From the IMG/VR virus record IMGVR_UViG_3300017747_001763, positions 1-43,916 of that record: a stretch of DNA of 43,916 nt; one strand, given 5' to 3'. The notes under the pieces were generated by a model. It searched no databases. It was not told where the DNA came from and was given only the letters and a program-made list of their open reading frames with translations. The stretch is from a virus (taxonomy: Duplodnaviria; Caudoviricetes). Shown in pieces: positions 17,406 to 25,339 of the stretch. A program made the translations under genes and the position numbers. The stretch's first letter is position 1; each line of letters begins with the position of its first letter.

Positions 17406-18128
17406 GGGCCGGGCGAATGGACGGATCACCGGGTAGCCCGGCGGCCTGGACGCAACTCACGGAACATAAGTTAGCAGTTCAGTGTGTCGGTGCTTCTGCG
17501 AACTGTAGTTCGCTGGCTAGGGCGAGGGCCGGGCGGGCCGGCTGTAACAGTTGTTGCGGGCGTGTAGCTGAAAACAAAAGTTAGCTGGTGCGGATGTCCC
17601 GGAAAATAGCGTGTCTAGCCCCGCGCCGCGCTGTGCAAATCGTTTGGGGGCTCCCCCGGCCCCTAAGTTGGCAGGCTGCAAACTCAAGTTTTCGCATGAG
17701 TTAGCAGTGCGCGCGGTTCGACCGAGCTGCTAAGTCATTGATTTGCCTAGGCATTCAGCGTGCTAACAATAGTTCACTGCTGCAATGAATAGTTAGCACG
17801 GTGAAGCGTTGACTAAGGCCCGGCGATCCACGCAAGGCATCTGTGACGCTGGAGCGCGTGGCAACGCCTACACCTAGCCCTAAGCCTAGCGATCCACCGA
17901 CATAGCCTATCAGTGAACAGCCAAAACCCGCCTTGATCACCCAACCCACAGCGACACCGTAGCGCAAGGCAAGAGCCGGCTAGAGCCGTGCTCTTATCCC
18001 TACACGCTAGGTTGTCGCATAACCCGGCAAATAGCCGGATTTGCCGGCTTGCCTTATACGGGAATTGACTTCCAAACCTGACTAGTAATAACCTGGGTCT
18101 AATACCTAGGCTAACTGGAGTTATCACA
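17406..18128. other. Divergent non-coding control region; probable packaging terminus/origin
   Basis: Largest intergenic gap, lower GC, repeated AGTTAGC(A), inverted repeat 17759-17800, G/C-run block 17646-17663, dense CTAG. Confidence 0.6.
18065..18094 (+). promoter_or_regulatory. Putative early promoter
   Basis: TTGACT-N18-TAACCT upstream of the GGAG RBS of gene 18129. Confidence 0.5.
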
Positions 18129-18671
18129 ATGTATGCGACCAAAGCCGTTATGTCAGACATTCCACCCGATTTGCTCGACCTGTTCGCCATGCGTGACGGT
18201 CGCGTTTGCTGGCAACCCGTCAACACCGTAAGATCGCGCAACGCCAAGCGCGCGCCATGGGGATCACCAGCAGGCGGCAAAGCCGTGATCGGACGCGGCG
18301 CGCTAATAACTGTTTCAGGTTACACGCTCCTGACGGCCGATGTCGCGTTCGCGCTAGAGCACGCTGGAGAATGGGCTTGGCAAATCGACGCCACGCTAGT
18401 CCCCTCACTGCCTCCCGAGCACGACCTTGACCAATGGCGCGCCGTGATCCGCTCGCGCTTCGCTCTAGACGGCGGCGTGCTCGTGTGGGCCACGGATCGC
18501 GGCTTTACTGCCGACCGCACCGCGCGCTACGCGGCCGGCTCGCCAGTCACCGGCCTGCGCTTGTCGGGCTTCCGTGGATCAATCGTCACCACCTCTAGCG
18601 TTGGGCTGCTGTTCAGCGACGTTGTCAGCGTGCTTGAAACCGGCTTGTTTCCCTGGGAAGCGTGGAATTGA
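18129..18671 (+). CDS. Early protein with two tandem HNH-endonuclease N-terminal-like repeats (ends AWN)
   Basis: RBS GGAG; two repeats of F...G...W...GSP..G...G..I.......DV...LE.G.(W/F).W. Confidence 0.7.
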   Translation: MYATKAVMSDIPPDLLDLFAMRDGRVCWQPVNTVRSRNAKRAPWGSPAGGKAVIGRGALITVSGYTLLTADVAFALEHAGEWAWQIDATLVPSLPPEHDLDQWRAVIRSRFALDGGVLVWATDRGFTADRTARYAAGSPVTGLRLSGFRGSIVTTSSVGLLFSDVVSVLETGLFPWEAWN

Positions 18672-18692
18672 TAACTTTTGTTTGCAACACGC

Positions 18693-18721
18693 TTGACAGC
18701 CTGTTTGCCTAGGTTTAGGTA
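18693..18721 (+). promoter_or_regulatory. Putative early promoter
   Basis: TTGACA-N17-TAGGTA with an AT-rich upstream element. Confidence 0.6.
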
Positions 18722-18757
18722 AAGGGCTCGATAGGCTGCTAACTGGGAGATACGGAC

Positions 18758-19267
18758 ATGACCACCCACTACCTTATCACATCGACGAAGCAGGCAATTC
18801 CGGTCACGGCTCGCGACGAAGACGACGCGCTGTCGCAAGCGATGGCGATGGGGATCGGTCAGCAGGTCGTCCGCGTCGATGTCGCGTTAAGCGAAGACGA
18901 GTTCGCCGCGCGCACGACATCCGCCAAGGTCGAGTTCAAGAAGTGGTATTCCGCATGCCGGGCTTGCGTGCGCGACCAGCGCTTGGCGCGGTCGCATCGC
19001 GTCGGCGCGGCATGCGCGGAACAAATGTTTTGGGCCGAGCATAAAGACGCAATCGTTTTCCGGCACGGTTACGCGGCGTCGCCTAACGGGCTCGCGCGCA
19101 TCGCCGGCCCGATGGGCCTCTATCACGCCAAGCGCGAGTATTGGCGTCGCTGGAACTCGCTGCGCTATCGCGGCTTGCGCGGCCGTGAGTGGCACAAACA
19201 GACGCTTGCGTCGCTTGTGGCGCTGCGGGCCGAAATGGCCGTGCTCGTCTCATACGGCCAGCGCTGA
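18758..19267 (+). CDS. Early hypothetical protein
   Basis: 169 aa, RBS GGGAG. Confidence 0.7.
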   Translation: MTTHYLITSTKQAIPVTARDEDDALSQAMAMGIGQQVVRVDVALSEDEFAARTTSAKVEFKKWYSACRACVRDQRLARSHRVGAACAEQMFWAEHKDAIVFRHGYAASPNGLARIAGPMGLYHAKREYWRRWNSLRYRGLRGREWHKQTLASLVALRAEMAVLVSYGQR

Positions 19268-19316
19268 CGTTTCGACCTTGCCGGCTCGCAGCCGGCAATC
19301 CGAAGCGCCCGCTTCA
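19265..19316 (+). ncRNA. Early-region structured element, copy 1
   Basis: TGA-CGTTTCG-ACC-TTGCCGGCT/AGCCGGCAA-TC-CGAAGCG-CCC-GCTTCA. Confidence 0.7.
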
Positions 19317-19335
19317 GCAAACAGGAGTTATCACC

Positions 19336-19725
19336 ATGGCTAAGCTCGACCCCGCCGCTATCTACAATCAATTCGACGCCGCTTTCTCTCACGTCGCGGC
19401 TTATGTCGTCATCAACCCGCGCAACGGCGATTGCGTCGCCAAGGTCGCGATCAAGCGCAGCGCGTCGGGTCTCCGCACTACTGCCTTCGTTCACTGGCTT
19501 GGCGTGCCGATGGTCAAGGGCGTCGCCAACGGGGGCGGATACGACAAAGACAGCGCCAGCGTGGCCAGCGCGGCACGCAAGGCGGACTGGACGCTTTACG
19601 ATAAGGCGGGAGCGGCGACGCGATCCGATCAAGAGGCCTTTCTCAAAGCCGCGTCGATAGATGGTGGCAAGCGTTGGGACGACGCGGTGCGCGACGCTGG
19701 CTTCACGGTCTATCAGGCAGTCTGA
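19336..19725 (+). CDS. Early hypothetical protein
   Basis: Start reassigned to ATG 19336 (AGGAG RBS; MAKLDPAAIYNQF), 129 aa, GGGYDK motif. Confidence 0.75.
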   Translation: MAKLDPAAIYNQFDAAFSHVAAYVVINPRNGDCVAKVAIKRSASGLRTTAFVHWLGVPMVKGVANGGGYDKDSASVASAARKADWTLYDKAGAATRSDQEAFLKAASIDGGKRWDDAVRDAGFTVYQAV

Positions 19726-19776
19726 CGTTTCCACCCTAGGGCCGTCGCTGGCCCTAGTAGGAAGCGCCCCGCTTCA
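19723..19776 (+). ncRNA. Early-region structured element, copy 2
   Basis: TGA-CGTTTCC-ACC-CTAGGGCC/GGCCCTAG-TA-GGAAGCG-CCCC-GCTTCA. Confidence 0.7.
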
Positions 19777-19796
19777 CACTCAAAGGAGCTAGACCC

Positions 19797-20207
19797 ATGG
19801 CCGAGATAAACGTGACCAAGCTTGCGACCGAAGGCGAGATGTTTGATTTTTCCGCGTCGCGCGCCGAGCGCGGCCAGAATGCCGGCCCTGAAACATGGGC
19901 GAACGCCAAGGCCGAAGCGGCCGAGCGGCCTATCCTCTCGGACGACGACCTGGACGTGTTCAGGGACCATGTGCGCGGCTTTGGCGCATGGGAAGCCGGA
20001 GAGATCGCCGCATGGGACGCGACCGAGTGCAACGCGCTATTCGTCCAAATGGTCGCAGGCGACATGCGCGAGTTAGAGGGCCTTTGCCCCGGCGGCGGTG
20101 TGGCGGGGATCGACTGGGACGAAGCGCAGCGCCTCTCCGAAGCTGGAACCGTGTCCGGTCGCATCTACGCCAGCGGCGAAGATGTCTTCTACTACCTAGG
20201 GGACTGA
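19797..20207 (+). CDS. Early acidic hypothetical protein
   Basis: 136 aa, AAGGAG RBS. Confidence 0.75.
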   Translation: MAEINVTKLATEGEMFDFSASRAERGQNAGPETWANAKAEAAERPILSDDDLDVFRDHVRGFGAWEAGEIAAWDATECNALFVQMVAGDMRELEGLCPGGGVAGIDWDEAQRLSEAGTVSGRIYASGEDVFYYLGD

Positions 20208-20212
20208 CCGCG

Positions 20213-20269
20213 TGACGTTCCCGCCTTGCCGGTCCAGATCGGGCCGGCAATGGGGAGCGCCCCGCTCCA
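20213..20269 (+). ncRNA. Early-region structured element, copy 3
   Basis: TGA-CGTTCCC-GCC-TTGCCGGTCC/GGGCCGGCAA-TG-GGGAGCG-CCCC-GCTCCA. Confidence 0.7.
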
Positions 20270-20299
20270 CTACCTCAACCGCAAAAGGGAAAGCGGCTC

Positions 20300-20461
20300 A
20301 TGTTGATCGGACCCGCCAGATTTATCGAATGCGTCATCCTCGCGGCGCTCGTGGCTTGCATCACGCTCGTCGCGGCGCGGATCGACATGCGCGACCAGGC
20401 CATGACGACGTGCCTGGAGCGCCACTCCCACGACACCTGTCACTCTGCCCTCAACCGCTAA
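20300..20461 (+). CDS. Small membrane protein (53 aa, not in the ORF track)
   Basis: MLIGPARFIECVILAALVACITLVAARIDMRDQAMTTCLERHSHDTCHSALNR; RBS AAGGGA; one TM helix plus C-x8-C. Confidence 0.6.
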   Translation: MLIGPARFIECVILAALVACITLVAARIDMRDQAMTTCLERHSHDTCHSALNR

Positions 20462-20472
20462 GGAGCCCCGCC

Positions 20473-20661
20473 ATGATCGATAACACGACCCGGCAACTCG
20501 CGCAGTGCGCCAAGGACGAAGTCGAGACCGTCCTGCGATCACTCCACCGCCACAATGGCGCGCGCTCGCGCCCTACCCTGATGCAGATCGGGGCCATGAT
20601 CGACAGTCTGGAGAACGCAAAGCGGTTCACCGCCGCTGTCCTGTCCAGCGACAAGGCGTGA
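20473..20661 (+). CDS. Early hypothetical protein (62 aa)
   Basis: TAAGGAG RBS, MIDNTTRQLAQ... Confidence 0.65.
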   Translation: MIDNTTRQLAQCAKDEVETVLRSLHRHNGARSRPTLMQIGAMIDSLENAKRFTAAVLSSDKA

Positions 20662-20709
20662 CGCTGACACCCTGCCGCTTTCGGGCGGCAGTAGTGAGCG
20701 CCAGCGCTT
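20659..20709 (+). ncRNA. Early-region structured element, copy 4 (diverged)
   Basis: TGA-CGCTGAC-ACC-CTGCCGCT/GGCGGCAG-TA-GTGAGCG-CCAG-CGCTT. Confidence 0.6.
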
Positions 20710-20744
20710 GACCCGGCCCGATAAAACGCATAACGTTCTATGCG
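20708..20744 (+). promoter_or_regulatory. Promoter with overlapping GCATA-N6-TATGC operator
   Basis: TTGACC-N17-TAACGT; palindrome CGCATA-acgttc-TATGCG at 20727-20744 covers the -10. Confidence 0.7.
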
Positions 20745-20764
20745 AAATCAACGGGAGAATACCG

Positions 20765-21796
20765 ATGCTGAACATCCACGACACCGCCAGCAAGGCGGCT
20801 TCCGAGTTCGGGCTTTCCATGAAGGACGATCCGACCCTCTGGCCCTCTGGTGACGAGATCACGGCCGAAGCCGTGCGCAGGGCCTGCAACGCGACCGCGC
20901 TGGAGAATGCCCGCTCGGCCCTGTCCCGCGCGCTCGGCAGGATCGCCGAGACCGTCGCGACCGAGATGGATGTCGCCATTGCCGAAGACGGCCCGCTGGC
21001 CGATCTGGACGCTGTGCTCGCGCAGCATGTCGAAGACGGTCCCGAGATCGACCTGTCCGGCGTGCTCGCGGCGGCCGACTGGCAAGCCCGGTGCGAAGCC
21101 TTGCGCGAGGCCTTCGGGGTCGCGGTTCAGGGCTACCACATCCAGCCGCTGCCGGTGATCGACCTGATGCACTATGTCGGCACCGACCCGCGCCTCGACG
21201 GCGAGGTGATGCGGACGGTCGCCGCGCTGCGCGGTCCCGAGCACGCCAAGCCCGAAGCCCCCGCCGCGCTGATGCTGAACAACGGCGGCGACGACTGGGA
21301 CGACGAGCTTGACGCCGTGGTCAACCCCGGCGGCGCTGTCGCGGCTCCTGTGGCTCGCCCGCGCGGCAAGCCCGACCCGCTGTCAGGCCGCACGCGCCGG
21401 ACCAAGGCCGAGATCGCCGAGGACGAGGCGGCCGAGCGCTCTGAAGCCATTGCTGACGCGGTCGAGGAAGTTCGCGAGGCCGGCGGCGACGAGTGGGACG
21501 AGAGCGCGGCTGAATACGCGGTCACGTCAACCTGGGATGACGAGCCGGTGGCGACCGCGCCGAACCTGCCGGGGCTCGCGACCGCCGCCGGCATCGCCGA
21601 CACGGACATGGCCGCGATCCTCGCGCTGTCGAAGCCCTACTACTCGCAGATCCGGCACGGCAAGCGCCCGTGGCCCGGCGTGAAGCCGGACCAGGTCAAG
21701 CGCCTGCGCGCCGAGATCGCGGCCCGTCGTGAAGCGCTCGACGCCATCGAACAGGCGCTCGGCACCGACGCCGTCCTGAAGCCCGAGGGCGTGTGA
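20765..21796 (+). CDS. Acidic protein with a C-terminal XRE-like helix-turn-helix
   Basis: Start ATG 20765 (GGGAG RBS), 343 aa. C-terminal AAGIADTDMAAILALSKPYYSQIRHGKR is HTH-like; RRTKAEI motif; three internal WD(D/E) motifs. Confidence 0.7.
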   Translation: MLNIHDTASKAASEFGLSMKDDPTLWPSGDEITAEAVRRACNATALENARSALSRALGRIAETVATEMDVAIAEDGPLADLDAVLAQHVEDGPEIDLSGVLAAADWQARCEALREAFGVAVQGYHIQPLPVIDLMHYVGTDPRLDGEVMRTVAALRGPEHAKPEAPAALMLNNGGDDWDDELDAVVNPGGAVAAPVARPRGKPDPLSGRTRRTKAEIAEDEAAERSEAIADAVEEVREAGGDEWDESAAEYAVTSTWDDEPVATAPNLPGLATAAGIADTDMAAILALSKPYYSQIRHGKRPWPGVKPDQVKRLRAEIAARREALDAIEQALGTDAVLKPEGV

Positions 21797-22011
21797 TGGC
21801 CGCTCGGGTCAGCAAGGAGCGGGACCGCGCCGGCCAGTGGTGGGTCGTCGGCCGGATCAGCCCGAGCGGCGTCATGCGTGTCACTGACGAGCGCGAGGCG
21901 CAGTTCATCGTGGACGCGGTCGAGACGGCCTACCAGCAGGGGCGCGAAGACGCGCTCCAGTCCCTGCGCGACCTGCTCGACGTGCCCAAGCGGCTCGAAG
22001 GGCAGGACTGA
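21796..22011 (+). CDS. Hypothetical protein
   Basis: About 71 aa, coupled at both ends. Confidence 0.6.
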   Translation: MAARVSKERDRAGQWWVVGRISPSGVMRVTDEREAQFIVDAVETAYQQGREDALQSLRDLLDVPKRLEGQD

Positions 22012-22442
22012 TGCGCGAGCGGTCGAGCATCGTTTCGGTGAACCTGCCGACCCCGCCGTCCGTGAACAAAGCGTTCGCGGCTCGGCGGGGTAGCCATCTC
22101 ACGCAGAAGACGGCGAGCTATCGCTTCTGGGAGCGCGAGGTGCTGGAGGAGAACGGGCGCGGTCAATACCTGCCGGTCCTGGAGGCCGGCAGTTATGGAC
22201 TGTGGCTGGACCTGAACCCGAAGATGCGGGGCGACATCGACAACCGGATCAAGCTGGTGTCGGACATCCTGAAGGAGCCGACCAAGACGAGCCCCAACGC
22301 GCTCGGGATCGTGATCGACGACGAGCACATGAAGGGGCTCCATGTCGAGTTCCTGCCGGGCCTCGCGGAACAGAGGTGCATCGTTACGGTCGTGAGCCTG
22401 GCGAACTGGCCCGCCTACGTCTGCATGAGGATCGAACCATGA
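22011..22442 (+). CDS. RusA-like Holliday junction resolvase
   Basis: LP.PPSVN, GDIDNRIK...D.L and IDD motifs. Confidence 0.8.
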   Translation: MRERSSIVSVNLPTPPSVNKAFAARRGSHLTQKTASYRFWEREVLEENGRGQYLPVLEAGSYGLWLDLNPKMRGDIDNRIKLVSDILKEPTKTSPNALGIVIDDEHMKGLHVEFLPGLAEQRCIVTVVSLANWPAYVCMRIEP

Positions 22443-22828
22443 CCCGCCTGCCCCACTGGACCAGCAATCCTGACGGCGGCGACGAGCGCCGTGATCCGGC
22501 CGAGCCGCCCACAGGCTTGAACCTTCAGGACGAGATGGCGCGCCGCAAGCAGCGGGCGCTCGCCGTCGAGGCCGACCTTGCGAGTGGCATGAAGGCGAAG
22601 GACGTGGCCGCCAAATACGGCATGTCCGGCCCCTACGTCTCGAAGCTCGTTCGCCAGTGCGGGGTCGGCCCGCGTCAGTTGAACCGCAAGAAGCACGTCG
22701 AGGTCGCCGAGGCCTATCGTGCCGGTGTGCCCATCGGTGAAATATGCGAACGGTTCGACGTGAAGCGCCGCACCGTCTGGACCGCCGTGAAGGCTTGCGG
22801 CGTCCCGCTGCGCAAAGGTGGCAAATGA
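22439..22828 (+). CDS. Tandem helix-turn-helix DNA-binding protein
   Basis: Start ATG 22439 (ATGA overlap); HTHs GMKAKDVAAKYGMSGPYVSKLV and GVPIGEICERFDVKRRTVWTAV. Confidence 0.7.
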   Translation: MTRLPHWTSNPDGGDERRDPAEPPTGLNLQDEMARRKQRALAVEADLASGMKAKDVAAKYGMSGPYVSKLVRQCGVGPRQLNRKKHVEVAEAYRAGVPIGEICERFDVKRRTVWTAVKACGVPLRKGGK

Positions 22829-23049
22829 TCACGAAGCAGGAAGTCAAGGGCCTGCTGGCCCGCATCCAGGGGCTCGCGAAGGCGCAGGGCCTGACCAGCG
22901 TGCACGCCTACAAGACGTGCTGCCGGCACCTGGAGAACGCGGTCAGGTTCAGTCCGAAGGACCGGGTCACGGGCATCCAGCACGCGCACAACCACTTCCA
23001 AATCCTAAGAGCGGCTGCGGCCGAGAAGGCGACCCGTGGAAAAGCTTGA
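22825..23049 (+). CDS. Hypothetical protein
   Basis: ATGA-coupled start (MITKQEVKGLL...), 74 aa. Confidence 0.55.
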   Translation: MITKQEVKGLLARIQGLAKAQGLTSVHAYKTCCRHLENAVRFSPKDRVTGIQHAHNHFQILRAAAAEKATRGKA

Positions 23050-24409
23050 AGGCTACCAGATCGAAGGCGCTGCGTTCCTGGCCGCCAGCTACCGCGCGTC
23101 GATCTTCGACGAGCCGGGTCTGGGCAAGACGGCGCAGGCGATCCGCGCCTGCGAACTGGTCAAGGCCGAGCGCACCATCGTGATCTGCCCTGCCGGCGTC
23201 CGCCAGGTCTGGCCCTTCCAGTTCAAGCTGTGGGGCCGCAGCAACCCGCGCGTGGTCAAGGCCGACAGCGTGTTCGACCTGGTCGCGTGGCAGAAGGGCC
23301 GCGTGGACGTGCTGGTCATGAGCTTCGAGCAGGCGACCGGATGGTGGCGCGACATCGCGAACGACTTCTTCGACTGCCTGATCATCGACGAGAGCCACTA
23401 CCTGAAGAACCCCGACGCCAAGCGGACCAAGGCCATCGTCGGCGACCACGGCGACGGGATCGGGGCCATCGCCGGCATGGCGAGCTATGTCTGGTGCCTG
23501 ACCGGCACGCCGATCAAGAACGACCCGGCCGATCTGTGGGTTCCGATGCGTCTGTCGATGCAGACCAAGCTGGAGTTCACCGCGTTCCAGAAGCGCTATT
23601 TCAAGCAGCGCATCGGCACGTTCTCGGTGTCCAACACGCCACGCAAGGAAGCCCTGCCCGAGCTTCAGGCGATGATGCGCGACATGTCGCTGATGCGGAC
23701 CTTCGAGGACGTGGGAAGCTCGTTGCCGCCGATCCGGCTGGACGTTCTGCCGGTCGATGGCGACAGCCGCGCCGTGGTCGAATACCTGAAGGACTACCCC
23801 GGCCTGTCCGACCGCATCCTCCAGAGCATCGAAGCCGGTGGCGGGCAGCTATCGTTCGACGACAGCACGCACATCGCGACCCTGCGCGCCATGATCGCCG
23901 AGGCCAAGGCCCCCGGCTATGCGCGGCTGATCACCGAGGAGTTGAAGTCGGGGACCATCGACAAGCTCGTGGTCATGGGCCACCACCGCCGGGGCTTGCA
24001 GATCGTGACCGAGCACCTGAACGCCCACGGCATCCAGGCGTCCATGATCGTCGGCGGAACCTCGGAGCGCCAGCGCGAGGACATCGTGCGCTCGTTCCAG
24101 GACGACCCGAAGGGGGTCCGCGTGATCTGCGGCAACATCACCGCCGCCGGCACCGGCCTGACCCTCACGGCGGCCTGCCGGGTTGATATGCTGGAAAGCT
24201 CCTGGACCCCGGCCGACAACGTCCAGGCCGTTCGGCGCATCCGCCGCAAGGGTCAGACTAGACCGACATTCGCGCGCTTCGTCATGCTCCAGAACAGCTT
24301 TGACGATGCGGTGGCCGGGATCGTGACGCGCAAGGCGAACACGATCATCTCGATCACCGACAAGAACAACCTGCAAGAAGCCATGGCGCACAAGGAGAAC
24401 GCAGCATGA
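23036..24409 (+). CDS. SNF2-family helicase
   Basis: DEPGLGKT, IIDESHYLKN, LTGTPIKN, GTGLTLT and QA..RIRRKGQ motifs. Confidence 0.92.
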   Translation: MEKLEGYQIEGAAFLAASYRASIFDEPGLGKTAQAIRACELVKAERTIVICPAGVRQVWPFQFKLWGRSNPRVVKADSVFDLVAWQKGRVDVLVMSFEQATGWWRDIANDFFDCLIIDESHYLKNPDAKRTKAIVGDHGDGIGAIAGMASYVWCLTGTPIKNDPADLWVPMRLSMQTKLEFTAFQKRYFKQRIGTFSVSNTPRKEALPELQAMMRDMSLMRTFEDVGSSLPPIRLDVLPVDGDSRAVVEYLKDYPGLSDRILQSIEAGGGQLSFDDSTHIATLRAMIAEAKAPGYARLITEELKSGTIDKLVVMGHHRRGLQIVTEHLNAHGIQASMIVGGTSERQREDIVRSFQDDPKGVRVICGNITAAGTGLTLTAACRVDMLESSWTPADNVQAVRRIRRKGQTRPTFARFVMLQNSFDDAVAGIVTRKANTIISITDKNNLQEAMAHKENAA

Positions 24410-25338
24410 AAAAGCAGTTCATTACAAAGGCCTTCGCGCCGGCGTCTCTCGCTGTAATACAAGAAGCGAACAGGATCATAGTTGAATACCAGAGGCAGGG
24501 GTTCACACTTACCTTGCGCCAGCTATACTACCAGTTCGTGTCCCGCAACCTGATCGCCAACAAGCAGAGTGAGTATAAGAGACTTGGCAAGATCATCAGC
24601 AACGGCCGGCTAGCCGGGCTGATCGACTGGGACGCGCTGGAAGACCGCACGCGAAACTTGGAAACGCACGCCTTTTGGTCTTCGCCCGAGAGCATCATCC
24701 AGTCGGCCGCGCAGGGCTACGCCGAGAACCTGTGGGCCTCGCAGGACTTCTACGTCGAGGCGTGGATCGAGAAGGACGCACTCACCGGGGTGATCGCACC
24801 TGTGTGCACCGAGTTCCGCGTGCCCTACTTCTCTTGCCGGGGCTACGCCTCGCAGTCCGAGCTATTCACAGCCGGCGAGCGCCTGAAGCGCCAGCGCGTG
24901 CGCGGCAAGCGCGCCCTGGTTCTGCACCTTGGCGACCATGACCCGAGCGGCATTGACATGACCCGTGACATCGAAGCGCGGCTCAGTATGTTTGCTGACG
25001 GCTGGGACGTAGAGGTGCGCCGGCTCGCGCTCAATTTCGACCAGGTCGAACAATACGACCCGCCGCCAAATCCGCTCAAAGAGAAGGCCGATGGCAGTCT
25101 GAGTGACAGCCGAGGCAACGACTACGCCGAGCAGTTCGGTGACAGCTCGTGGGAGCTTGACGCACTAGAGCCCACGGTAATCTCCGATCTGATCCGCACC
25201 GAGATAGAGGGCGAACTCGACCGCGAGGGGTGGGACGCCGCGCTGGTTCAAGAAAACGACAACCGCTCGGTTCTCGACGACATCGCCTCGCGCTTCGATG
25301 AAGTGCGCGACTTTCTGGCCAGCGAAGGAGACACCTGA
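24406..25338 (+). CDS. Topoisomerase VI-A/Spo11/JetD-like TOPRIM protein
   Basis: TLRQLYY winged-helix motif, WIEKDAL, GDHDPSG (DxD) and WELDAL. Confidence 0.75.
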   Translation: MKKQFITKAFAPASLAVIQEANRIIVEYQRQGFTLTLRQLYYQFVSRNLIANKQSEYKRLGKIISNGRLAGLIDWDALEDRTRNLETHAFWSSPESIIQSAAQGYAENLWASQDFYVEAWIEKDALTGVIAPVCTEFRVPYFSCRGYASQSELFTAGERLKRQRVRGKRALVLHLGDHDPSGIDMTRDIEARLSMFADGWDVEVRRLALNFDQVEQYDPPPNPLKEKADGSLSDSRGNDYAEQFGDSSWELDALEPTVISDLIRTEIEGELDREGWDAALVQENDNRSVLDDIASRFDEVRDFLASEGDT

Positions 25339-25339
25339 C

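Noticed and set aside
17399-18280. Short ORFs in the control region (17399-17584, 17755-17967, 17813-18280)
   Set aside because: No RBS or phage-like codon usage; they overlap repeats and promoters and are probably non-coding
19262-19776. Early repeats as hammerhead ribozymes, CRISPR repeats or intrinsic terminators
   Set aside because: CTGACG lacks the CUGANGA...GAAA core; copies are separated by whole genes rather than spacers and vary in sequence; no U tracts
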